A stretch of DNA of 64,000 nucleotides, taken from assembly GCA_015680685.1 (NCBI GenBank), contig MNCI01001408.1, positions 1 to 64,000 of the forward strand. The letters are read 5' to 3'. Shown piece by piece: positions 50,462 through 62,419 of the stretch. Every line of letters begins with the position of its first letter. Position 1 is the stretch's first letter. The position numbers were made by a program, and so were the translations under genes. This stretch comes from Gnetum montanum (lineage: Eukaryota; Plantae; Gnetophyta). The notes under the pieces are model-generated. The model searched no databases and was not told where the DNA came from. It saw only the letters and a program-made list of their open reading frames with translations.

Positions 50462-53400
50462 TCATGCATCTGATGGTGCCAAGGAAACATTCAAAGAGGG
50501 AGAAGATGGTGTATCATCATCATCATCTCTTGCACCACTAGGGCCACCAACATCATAAGGTATCTATGACATAACATCATACAACCAATTAGTAACCAAT
50601 ATAACCAAGACCATGACATAAACTATGGTGGACTAAAACTTAAAATATAAAACATAAATGCCATCAAACTTGTGGAGAATCTAGCTCTACAAACTCTCAA
50701 GGAAGACTATGAAGGCTAGTCTCCAAACATTGGATAATCTCATCTTCCATCATATTTGCCTAGTCAATGTCCCCAAAATTGATGCCTGTGAAGATGTTGG
50801 TCATGTTTATAGCTATTCATGATGGCAGCTCCCATGAGATCATAGCTATAGAGATGTCATCTGTAGGTATAGTAATCTATGAAGTAGGAGATCAACCACT
50901 ATTAGAGTGCTTTCAAAGAGGTTGAAAACACTCTCAACTTGAATGCCCTAGATAAATAGATCTTTCTTCTATTGTTTAGTTATCTCCCTCTTCAACCACT
51001 TTAGGTATGCCTTTTAATCAGCCTTATACTTATGCTTGTGATCCTTTTGTGTCTTACCCCACTTTAGGACCCAAGCACTATAATGCTTCCAATCTTGTGA
51101 TTTTTGGGAGATCAAGTCCATTTTCAGTAGCTGCTCATGTAATTCCTGAGATAGGGAAACCTTATCATTCATGGTATGCCAATAGTGGGTCCATGTGATC
51201 TCTTTGGTTTGTAAGGCCCATGAGTTCTCTACTTGGGCCTTCACAAAGGTCTTACATTTCTCAAGATCCTAGATCCTCTCAACTTACCTTTTATTTTTCT
51301 CCTTTAAGATCATAACCTATTCCCATAGGGATTCATTGGACCTTTGAATCTCCCATGAAGCTTTTCCACATAAAACCACTAGATCAATGGCAATTTTGTA
51401 CAACTTCAGGCAAACATGCGGGATCTTAGGATGAAGCTTAGGTAAGGATTCAAATTCCATGTCTTGGGTTGGGTCCCATGTAACTAATGGCACTAGAAAC
51501 AACAACAAAAATATAACCATAAACATGATATACAAACTAAAATAGCTGTAGCATAAATTATAACTTGTAGCAAAAATAACTAAGACATAGTAAAGCATCG
51601 TTCTTAGCAATCTTAGGTGCAACCCTTTGTAACCAACTAACGATGTCCTTTGCCATCTCATGCATGAATTCTATCTTGTTCAAGCCCTCTACCCATGGTT
51701 TCATGTGAAATGTGGATGTAGAGGCCTTTGCTAGTGGCTCAAGAACTATGATAAGCATAACAATCATTAGACAAGTAAGAACTAAGAAGTTAAACATAAA
51801 ACAATAGGAAACAACTAGAGTATAAGTATACCTATGTTCTCATTCTCAAACTCATTGAGGATTTTGATCAGAGGCTTCCCAGGAAGTGGCTCACCAAACA
51901 AGGCATTAGAATCCTTCATATCTTGTTGCAAGAGTGCCTCCTTTGCATGCCTTTGTTCTTCCTCTATTGTGGTAGCTATATGCCTCTACTCCTCCTCCTC
52001 AACATGCTTGTGTTCCTCATCCACTTACTTTTTCTCTTCTTCCATAGTGGCAACTTGGGCAACCAAGTTCTACTACTAACCTAGGATCATAAGTCATTAG
52101 ACAAGTTAGCATGTATAGCCATAGAACATAACATAGACAAAAATGTTAAAACATAGTTAAAGTGTACCTGTGACTACCTAGTCTAAGTGAGGGATCTTAA
52201 AGATGATCCTTTGCTTGGAGGGTGGCTTTGCTACTAGTGGTGCTTCCTCTATGGGTCATTCCAAACTAGCCTTGGTGGCCTTGGTGTCCTCAGCATGCAA
52301 CTATTGGGCTCTCTTGATATTCATTAGGAACGTAAGAGGTGTCTCCCCCATACTATCAAGGGATTCATATCGACTAATACCAAGGTTTTTGATGGTCATA
52401 GATAGTGAATCTTCCATGTCCTCTAATGCATTTTGGCCCTCCATAGTTGGATAAATATGCTTTATCCAAGGCTTTGAGAGTTTTTTTGGGTCCTGGTGCA
52501 TCCATGATCTACTCCTCTTCACCACCAAGAATTCAACAAACCTCTTTATATATCCTACAAAAAATGAATAGTGCATGTGGACTATCATAGAGGAATCCAA
52601 GAAAAATTTGAGAATTTCCTCTTTGAGGCCCATAGCCAAGGAAGCAACCTAGTTAAAATGAGTTTCCTCCATCAAGACCTTCTTTAGGATCCATGCTTGC
52701 ACAATGCTAACTACCTTCTTTTGTTACAACAATTTAGGAAAGGCTTGAGATCTAAACAATGGATAGGATCCCCTTGCATTAGAGTTTGTAAAGTTATCGA
52801 GAGTAAGTTTAGAGTGGCCTTTGTTGGTACCAAACCACTTCTCAACTTCTTCATGATGGCTAACCTCTTTCATTAGCTTGGTGAAAACTATTATCCCATC
52901 AATAGGAACACCAAAAAAGTCATGAAAGGTGGCCTCACTAATGGCAATGTCAATTGGCATGCCTCACACTATGGTGTGAAAAACATTAGCTCCTTTGTCA
53001 AAGGAGTTGATGATGTTTAGCATCTCTGTAAAATGGATGATAGGGCTAGGTGCCATGAAGACCTTCAACAAACTTGCATGTGCGATGCTACCTAAATGTT
53101 CTCAAGAACCTTCCCCCTCAACCACTCCTATGCTAGCCCCACCTCATTGAACTTTAGAATGAGAGTTTCTACAGAATGTCTAGTGAGGGGTATAGTGACA
53201 TCAACATAAGTGGAAGGCCTTGCACGTAAAAGATAAGTGCTTAGCATCAATATAGTTATGTTTAGATCATAGGATACTTATGACCTAGATAGCCATAAAA
53301 TCTTAGTTATAACATATAAAATCATTTCTTCTTCTTACTTGAGGAAGCTTGTATGGAGCTCCCAGTAATGATACACATATCTCTAATAGCCTTAGGATCC

Positions 53401-55661
53401 ACCCACCAGTTGTGCACTATTTTGAAAGCCACACACTTCTAGTAAATAGGGTCAAATTTGGTGGGTTATTCATCAAAGTCTTCTCTTAGTTCAAAAACAA
53501 TGTGTCTAATCTTGGGACCTTTGGTAAATTCATTCAATGTGATGTGAGCTACTACCAAGGTTTGATCGTTCTTGATCAACCTGTGCTCATTAACCTTGTA
53601 CCTAGAAGATATGTGTGAAACCAACAAGTTAGAAAAGATGACAAATTAGATAAACCAAAAACATTAAAACCTATAGTAGCCATGCTTACCCCCTATAATC
53701 AGTACATAGTGCCTAGATATTCTAGAAAAATGATTAGGCTTTTTACACCACCATCAAAGTTATTTATTCATGTTATATCATGAATACTTGGGCATCATCC
53801 AAATATTTGAAAGGTACCATGCACCGATAGTATCCACTAACTCTCTTGCTACTCAGGTCTCTGGATCATTAATTATGAATCGAGCAACTAGATGTGCAAA
53901 CCTAAACAACAAGGTCTCCACTATAATCTTGGCCACTTCTACAAACAAGTATGACCACATCATCATAGTAAAATTCTGTAGAAGGTTTAGGGTAATCCCT
54001 TGCCCCTAGACAGGACCATAGTGATCCCTTCTCCATGTCCATGTCAAGTAGGAGGTTGTGGGCCATGGGCTAGCTAATACAACATAAGATGTCAACCAAC
54101 TCGACCATGATGAGGACCAACTTTTTTAAGACCCTACAAGGAGAAAACATGAACATCATTAGAACCACATTTCAACACTTTGAATTTCTTAACAAGTTTT
54201 ATACACCCTAGTCAAGGGTAAGATTAGCCTTTGTAAAAAGCTCTAAGATGTTCATTCAAATTTTCTCAAGAAATTCCACAAAAATATTATTACAAAATTT
54301 CATATAATTTTACATCATAGTCAAAATACTATAGCCAAAACTATGCCTTAGTCCCAAACAATACATTAACTTAGAAAAATCATTAAAACATAGAAAAGAA
54401 AAATAGCCATAAAAATACTTACTAAAAATAGTAAAAAGCTCTTCTTTTATCATGAAACAAACATTAGAACATAGTGTACACTATTAGGCATCCCAAAGGG
54501 AATGGAAATTGACAAGAGAAAACTCTAAGTATGTCAACCACATCCATATCAAAAGGGGTAAATTGCTACAAGCAAAATTAAGCCTTATTGACATAGCTTA
54601 GATAGAAAGATTCATTAAAAATACATCCTAGATTCAATTTTAGTGATTCCACCATGGAAGGAATTATAAAATCACAAGCTTTTCATCCATGGCCATTACA
54701 ACTAAAAAAACTTAACCATTTTTACATTAAAAAAAAATAGCCAAAAATAGCAAAACCGTAGCTATCAACATTAACCCCCTTTCATGCAGTGTTGCGAAAA
54801 AAATCACCAAAAATTTATTTGAGCTCCAAATGGAGTGATTCCACCACTATTTGAAGGCTTGAATTGATCCCTATACTCCACATCTAACAAAAATTCAAAA
54901 CCATTTCCTTTTATTTAGAAAAAATTCATAAATTTTGATGAAAATATGAAAAATGGCAGAAACCCTAGTTGCATAGACAAATTGAAATAACCATAACTTC
55001 ATTGATATAACTCCAAATCAGATGAGACCATAGCCATTACAAAGCTTAAATGTAAGATTAAAAACCAATAAAACTAGAGTTTAAAAAGCTTAAGCTATAT
55101 TCATCACAAAAAATAGACAATATTGCTTGCTTTTTCCATCAAAAAAGCACAAAAAAACACAAAACTTGTAAAACCAACTTGATTTAGTGATAGATTATAG
55201 ATAAAATGGTCAAGCAAAATTCTACCAAACATAGAAAAAATCAAAATAGGAGGGTAGTATTTTGTTAAAATTTTACTTTGATCAGGTCCTTCGTCCTAGA
55301 TCTATGAAAAATGGCTCCATAACAAATTTATTAGAAAAAGCACCAAAACAGCAAGCCTATTTTCAAAAATTAAATCTACTAAGGCAAAAACAGAAAAATG
55401 ACCCTAGATCTACATGAAAACAACAAATATATGACATAGGATTTCATTAGAATTTAATTTTATCAAGCCCTTTTAAGTAGATTTGACAAAAAATGGCCTT
55501 TTCCTAGCTAGGAAATCATGGAGAAAGCAAAAAATGACCTACCTTGCAATGGATGAGGAAGATCCTTGAATGGAAATTTCTTTAGGAAAGTTAGAGATAT
55601 TCTTGACTACCTCATATAACACTTGAATCTTGGGATTTTTATTGCTACATTTCTTCATCAT
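50462..55661 (-). pseudogene. 8-exon antisense gene in element copy 2 (homologue of 9124-14396)
   Basis: Inferred exons 55543-55661, 53690-54133, 53339-53601, 52168-~53219, 51832-52080, 51608-51745, 50670-51492, 50462-50563. Mostly canonical GT/AG; motifs KKLVLIMVELVDIL, LQNFTMMMWS, YLSNIW..P.YS.YNMN. Confidence 0.78.
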
Positions 55662-56499
55662 GGTTGCACAACATTGAGAAGGCTTGGAAACTATGCGAGT
55701 TGAAGCTTCCACGCTAGCTAGGAGAAGACCTAAAGTTTCAGCATTGAAGGTTGATGAATTTTGCTATAATAACTTATGCTAAGGCTCTCCTCCAGTGTGC
55801 TAGGTGTTGGAATGGTGATTTTTGGTGAGTTTGTGTAAGATTTGACAATAAAAACCGAACAAACATAACATTTCCACTTTTAACCCCGTTCTTGCTAATT
55901 CTATTTATTAGAACTCAACATGCATTGAAGTCCAAGTGAGGGGAAAGTATCCTCCACATTGGAAGTGATAAATAAAACAATAATTACACTTTTTTTCTTA
56001 ATTTTAGGATTTTTAACCAATGGGTCCCACCATGAACCTTCATACATGGTGTTTGTGGGCTTTAAAATTCATCAACACTAGATTTTTAACCCTTTGAACA
56101 CTTAGAAACATATTCAAGCCTTAACCCCCATGCATCCATACTAGGGATACCATACCCAACATGGATACATGGCTCCCAACTCTTATAACCATTAAAACCC
56201 AACTTTCTTTCCATTTTTGGTATCTAGAACTTACCTCATCCAATTCCAGGCTCCAAAAGTGGGTTAGACCCTATAAAAACTAGACATCTTGGGTTTCCAC
56301 ACTGGTGCAATTCTTCCCCACATGGAAGAAGGAGGGTAACATCCATTGTTATCCCTAATTCCCATCACACCTAAATCTAACCCCTAGAGTAGGCTTACAT
56401 GACCTAGAACCCCTCTAGCCACCTCCAATAGCCCAGAAACCTCACCAAACCTAGTTGGAAGTTCTTGAAACATTGGGATTTGGTGGTTCCATGCTAGGG

Positions 56500-57660
56500 G
56501 AGGTCTCATCCATGCTAAGAACCCTATCCCTAGTGTGGATGAATGGGGGGATGACTAAAATTTCTAAAATTGACCACATAGTTACCATGTTCTAACATCC
56601 ATATTCTTGTATAGCCTCTGATAACCTTGTTTTGCATTAAAACAAGTCAATTTTCAATCTTACATCTTACCCAACATTGGTGAACCCCTCCTTCATGTTG
56701 CCTAGTGTGGAGCTAGCATGGAGGCTTAGGGGTTATAACATAAAACTCTTTCCTAAGCTTCAAATAACCATATTTTTTACCTTAATGGCTCTAACACCCT
56801 TCCATGACCATTGATAGTCAATAATCTTCACGATTTGAGTCAATTTTCATATCCTAGAACTATTTCACATTGAGCACCTTCTCTTCCACATTGGCCAACA
56901 TGGAACTAGCATGGATGGAGGGGGGATGGTCAAAAACCCCAATTTTTGCCTCAGAATGAACTCTGGTATACATCTCAATATTTCCAAGGACTCCATCAGC
57001 TAAAACTTGTCAAAAATGTCCTTGTTTATAATTTTCAAGGTTCTCCTAGCTATTTCCATGTTGGCCAAAGTGGAGCCAACATGGAACAAGGGGGAGATTA
57101 GCAAATCATCCAAAAAAATAAAAATTGCCAAATTTTAGCCTTAGGCTCTCACTATCGACTCCTACAACCTTGGAAATGTACATGCATGATCAAAATAGCC
57201 AAAATGAATCCTTTGGGATCCTCCCAAATATTCCATGCTAACTAGTGTGGAACCAAGGGGGTAAAACAAAAACCATTAAAAATCCCATGAAATTGGAAGA
57301 TTTTAACCTTGGGCCTTAATTATCAACACCAACAACCTCGGAATTGCACATGCATGGCCAAAAGTGATTTAAAATAGACAAAAATTGATCTCCTCTTATC
57401 TTCCTAGATGGTTCCATGTTGACCAACATGGAGCTAGCTTATAACTAGAGGGATCACCCTAAAAACTACCTAGCTAACCTCCAAATTAACTAGTTTTAAC
57501 CTTAAACCATACCTCTCAACTTTGGAAATCCTAGGAGCACACATGCATGATTGATTGAAGCCAAAATTAGTCTAGATCTAAGATTTATGATTCTTCCACA
57601 TGAAGGACCCCCTCCTCCATGTTGTCTAGTGTGGAGACTAAAGGGAAGACTCATTTGGAA
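56500..57660. repeat. Degenerate ~180-bp tandem array with palindromic core
   Basis: Cores like tccaYRYtggccaRYRtgga followed by G runs near 56530, 56692, 56885, 57055, 57232, 57412 and 57617. Confidence 0.7.
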
Positions 57661-57965
57661 CTCACAAACACCTCAGAATCACATCAGATGACCTTGCATG
57701 CACCTTAAAATCCTATCAACATCCTCTAGAGCCTTCAAACCTCAGGAAATTGATAAAACATAGCCAAATGTTAATCCTTTAAGATCCTTATAGCTATTTT
57801 TACATTGGAATAACCTCTCAAAATCACTCAAAAGCCTTCAAAAATACTCAATTTTCACCCTAGAGCCTTGTCAACACCTTCAAAAATCACTAAACCTTGT
57901 GAAACAAGCCTAAACTAGCCTGAAACCAGCAATCCAAGGTCTTCCATGTTGAGCCATTACCACCG

Positions 57966-58060
57966 NNNNNNNNNNNNNNNNNNNNNNNNNNNNNNNNNNN
58001 NNNNNNNNNNNNNNNNNNNNNNNNNNNNNNNNNNNNNNNNNNNNNNNNNNNNNNNNNNNN
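57966..58060. other. Assembly gap
   Basis: Run of N. Confidence 1.
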
Positions 58061-58227
58061 AGACAAAGGAAAACTCAGAAAACCACTTTGGGACCCACCA
58101 AACTACTAAAATTTGGCTCTAAATCTTAGTAGTCAACACTAGAAGCCTTGGGAAGTGATATGCATGTATGATTTTTACCAAAATTAGCCTAGATCTAAAA
58201 TTTTTGATTCTTCTATGTTGAGTACTA

Positions 58228-59086
58228 TGATGTTCGAAAATGTTGGTGGCTAGAACACCGAGAGGTCCAAAGGTGTATAGCCTAACCCCGAATCCATGCG
58301 AGGGCTGTGGTGGAAAATGGAAATGAGGTACCTTGAATGGTCTTGTTGATCAAATAGGAACTTACGTGGTGTTCAAATGACTATATGTCAGAAGGATTTA
58401 TACTGCATTATGCATGGGCACTAGGGCTAACTAAGCTAAAGTGTAGCGAGGTGTCTTGGCCTGAGAACAATGATGCAAATGTGCAAATATGTATGAAAAA
58501 TCAAGAAAATTCAAGTGTTACACTGAATACCAAAGACAAATGCTTGATAAATGTAATATAATTTGAGAACAAAGGTGTAATGCCCCAAAAGGGGAAGCAT
58601 AGCTAATTTCAAAAGGGTCTCAAAAGGTACACAATGAACAACAGATGTCATGGAAGTGCAATCATAGTCTTGGTGGTGTCAAGCTGTGAAGTCTGGTACT
58701 AACTATGATGAACTATACCTACTAGGTTGGTTGCTATGGCGTATCATGCGATGTTCTATAGGGCTATAATAGGGTTGCAGTGTAGCTATGCTTCTCTACT
58801 AGTGTTATGTGCTCTAGGTCTTGTTCACCCACGAAGCTCAGTGCCAAGATGCCAAAGTGCCAAATGCCAAATGAAAGTGCCAACTACCCAATCGATGAAA
58901 AATGGAAGCCAACCACTTAAAACATTGGGTTGCATGAGTATTTATAGAATTGGGGTTAGCCCAAAATGTAAATTAGGTGCCACATGGTAGTGCAGTAGGT
59001 GGGATCACAAGAAAAAATTTAAAAAAATTTCTATGTCCAAAGTTAACCAGAAAAAGTTCAAAAATTTTCTAACTTTGGTTGCTACA
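58228..59086 (-). mobile_element. Probable 3' LTR of gag-protease element copy 4
   Basis: Minus strand reads PPT gggaggag (59087-59094) then TGTAGCAACC; TATA ctataaatac near 58937-58947; left edge inferred where the copy-2 repeat unit breaks off. Confidence 0.6.
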
Positions 59087-59229
59087 CTCCTCCCATGTTA
59101 TGTGCAAGACATGGGACACTAGCTATTATGCTTGTCCTATGTTATGTGCGGGACACAAGACACTGGATGAGGATAGGGCATAGCATGGACACTTAGAAGA
59201 ATTTGGTGAAGATTGTAATCCTTGTTCTT

Positions 59230-59840
59230 GTTATGCTAGCTATGCTCTAGAGCATAGCAGGAGGGGTGGCCTTAGGAGTTAGAAAATTTTCCAAATGCCT
59301 CTTCCATGCTAAGCTAGCTGGATAGCTTCTAGCTTAATAGTTAGGCAAAACTTGTCACTAAAAAGTGTGCTATGTTCGCTACTTTTTGGAGCATAGCAGG
59401 GGCAATGGAAGCATAGCACAACACTTAGAAAATTCTGCAAAACTGGCCATTTGTGTGTTCACTATGCTATCTATACTCTAGAACATAGCAACTATAGTGT
59501 TGAGCATAATAGCTCTAGTGTCGAGCATAACAACTACAGTGTCAAGCATAACAACTATAGTGCTAGGTGTAGCACAACACTTAGAAAAATTTCTGTAGCT
59601 GCTGTTGATACTTAGAAAATTTTGCAAAACAAGCCTCATGCATGCTACACTAGCTATGCTAGGGAGCATAGCACCAACAGTTAGAAAAATTTGCTAAGTT
59701 TTGACACTTAGAAAAATTTGAAAAAAGTGCCATCATTCTAAAATTTAGAAAAATTTTACAAATCTAGTAGTTAGAGCTATCTACACTCAACACTTAGAAA
59801 AATTTTGACAAAGTACCACTATTTTGACACTTAGCTGAAT
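59230..59840. repeat. Mixed tandem array (cacttagaaaaattt and gctatgct..agcatagc palindromes)
   Basis: Repeated motifs visible; perfect 20-bp palindrome gctatgctctagagcatagc at 59239-59258. Confidence 0.75.
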
Positions 59841-61717
59841 TTGTAGTCAAGATGCTAAGACCTGAAATTTTATAGTGTTTCAATGGTCCCTATTTATTGA
59901 CATCTAGAGGAGTGGCCCAATAGATGTCGATAAAGAATTGTAAAACACCATAGTATACATGGCACCAACATTACTTGTCGATACAAGATCAAATGATGCT
60001 TCACCATGCTTAAGAGTGCTATGGGAATAAGGGTATGCTGAGGGACAAGGGGTATAGGCAATGCTAGGAAGATGAAATATAAACAATTGAAATAAAATGC
60101 AAATAGTTGATCATGATGTAAAATGTGAGGTTAGCATGGTTGACAATGACCATGGCATGAAGTGGCTTGCCCCTGAAATGTTGACCTCTTGTCGAAGTGC
60201 TCATGAGAGAGTCAAAGTCGATCCAAGTCTGGGCTGATTGTAAAACTATAATGCTATCAATTTACTTGGGGATGTGTTTTTTCCCATTCTTCTTTTCTTT
60301 TTCTTCTTTTTTGTGTTTTTTTCTTTTCTATTTTCTTTTTTTCTTTTCTTTTTCTTTTTTGCTTCTTTCTTTTAGCTTTTTCTTCTTTGCTTTGTTGTGA
60401 GGTGAACCCTTGTTGAGTTCAACTTACTACTAATTACTAGCTGCAAGGTGTAGGCCATTGAGTAAATGGGCTTTGTTTTGATGCAACTGCATTGCATCTA
60501 TAGGATAGGTGTTTCCTCCCCAAGATGAGTTACATTACATCCACTTGGGCCTTGACCAGCCAACAAAGGCTCCCAATATAATGAGTTGCATTTTGTCTAC
60601 TAGGGGTTCTATGGTTGACATGAAGAGAATGCCATATGTCTCATAGTGTGTAGGCATCATAGGAATGTATAATTGTGAGTATGTGGGGGATGAGAGGATA
60701 TTGGGATGAAGGAGTGGATGTGCATAGCCTATAATGGAATGAGGGGAATGTGCACTCTTGAGTGGCTTAACTAGTCCAATCATGCATATTGGAGTGATGT
60801 GATAACTTGCCACTGTGATGAGATGCATCTCTACATGACTGCCTCCAAGGCTTCATCCTATAAACACAACTCTGAGAAGACAAGAAAATCACATAACATG
60901 AAATGCAAGTGCAAATGCTAGATGTGGATATTCTACAAGTGCTAGATGTGAAAATGCTACAAATGTGTCAAATGCTACACCAATTGCAAGTGCTCAGGAA
61001 GCCGATGAAAGTGCCAGAGTGATGATGCTACAAGTGCTTCTAAGGTTGCACTAATGGCAAGTGATCCAAAAGATTAATAGAATGGTGGGTGGTGATGATG
61101 CTATGAGTGCCCCAAGGGTTTCACCAATGGTAGGCACTCCAACAAATTAGTAACATGCTAGTTTAAAGTCTTGGTATATTATGAACCTAGTTTAAGGTCC
61201 TGGCAAATCATGATGTGATAGTTTATAGTCCTAGTAGACTGTTGGATGCTAGTTTAATGTCATAGTGGATGGGCTATTGTGTTAGTTTAACATCATAATC
61301 CAAGAGTGATCTATGCTAGTTTATAGCCATAGTAGACTGTCTGTGCCAATTTTTTGCATCATGGTAGATGAGTGCTTACGTTGCTTGTCTGAGGTGTGAT
61401 GCTGCATGTGTAGTCATGCTATGTACCTACAAGATCCTCTAAAAATCAATTGGGAAAACAACATCAAGAAAACTTTTTCGTAAATAAAGTTGAAATGCAT
61501 AAATGAAAGGAAAGTAATGCAAAAAGTGATAGTTTTAAGCCATTCTAGATGGTGGGCTAGTTTAAGGCCTTTTTAGGTCATGTGTTTTTGTAGTTTTATG
61601 ATTGTTTTTTTGATTTTTATGTGTTTTTTTGATGTTTTTCAAATGAAACACATAAGCTAAGTGGATGGATGTGTAAACAAAGTAGAAATGTGTAAACAAA
61701 GTGAAGTAGTGTGTAAA

Positions 61718-62416
61718 CTAGGCAAGCAGATGACATGTAAATGCATGAACAAATGCAACATAAGAAAAAACAAAAAATGCATGGCCTATAAAAGCAAGGG
61801 GTAAGTAGGCACTTACTGCATTTTTGGCCAAGGAAAAGTCTTGGTCACATAGTTGCTTCCTAACTAAGCATGGATTAAGGGGCACACAAGGCTTAGGATC
61901 CTGTAGGAGGTTGTTCGATTCAACCACTTGTTTGGGTGTGTTAGTCTTAGGCGTTGCATTTTTTACTATAGATGTACCACCAAGAAAATCCACCTCTAAC
62001 ACTTGCTCCATGTCTATGTCATGGGTAGCCAAAGAGGAGGTGTTATCACTATGAATGATAACTTGACCACCTTCATATGGAAGGTGGACTTCTTGGCGGA
62101 TGGAAGAGGAGACAACCTGTAGTTGAGCTAGCCAAGGCCTACCCAAGATCAAGTTGAAGCCTGACATCTCCTCTATGAGAGTGAAATATGCACTAGTGGG
62201 GAATTGCTCTCCTACCATGAAGGCTAATTTGATTTTACCCTTAATAGTAATGCATGATCCATTGAAGGATTTTAGACATGCAATTTTGGTTGGCCTGATT
62301 TCATTTGTCAAGCCTAGCTTGTCGATGACAGAGTACAAGACTACATTTGTTGCTACACCATCATTGACATGCACTCTGCAGATGGTGCACTTCCCAACAC
62401 ATATACTAATGGACAA
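61718..62416 (-). pseudogene. Aspartic protease (copy 4), longest open frame in the window
   Basis: VHVNDGVATNV..LKSFNGS..FNLILGRPWLAQLQVVSS..VHLPYEG; catalytic Asp appears replaced by Asn; no RT follows. Confidence 0.85.
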
Positions 62417-62419
62417 TGG

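Larger units (their letters stand above)
43264..58227 (+). mobile_element. Ogre/Tat-like gag-protease element, copy 2 (spans the assembly gap)
   Basis: Candidate 5' LTR 43264-45267 (tgaaatacc...ggggtgtgaca), then gag, protease, 30-bp array, antisense 8-exon gene and ~180-bp array; no pol core. Confidence 0.7.

Noticed and set aside
60197-60400. Phe-rich membrane-like ORFs (also 8827-9024 and 22232-22534)
   Set aside because: Translation of T-rich low-complexity tracts.
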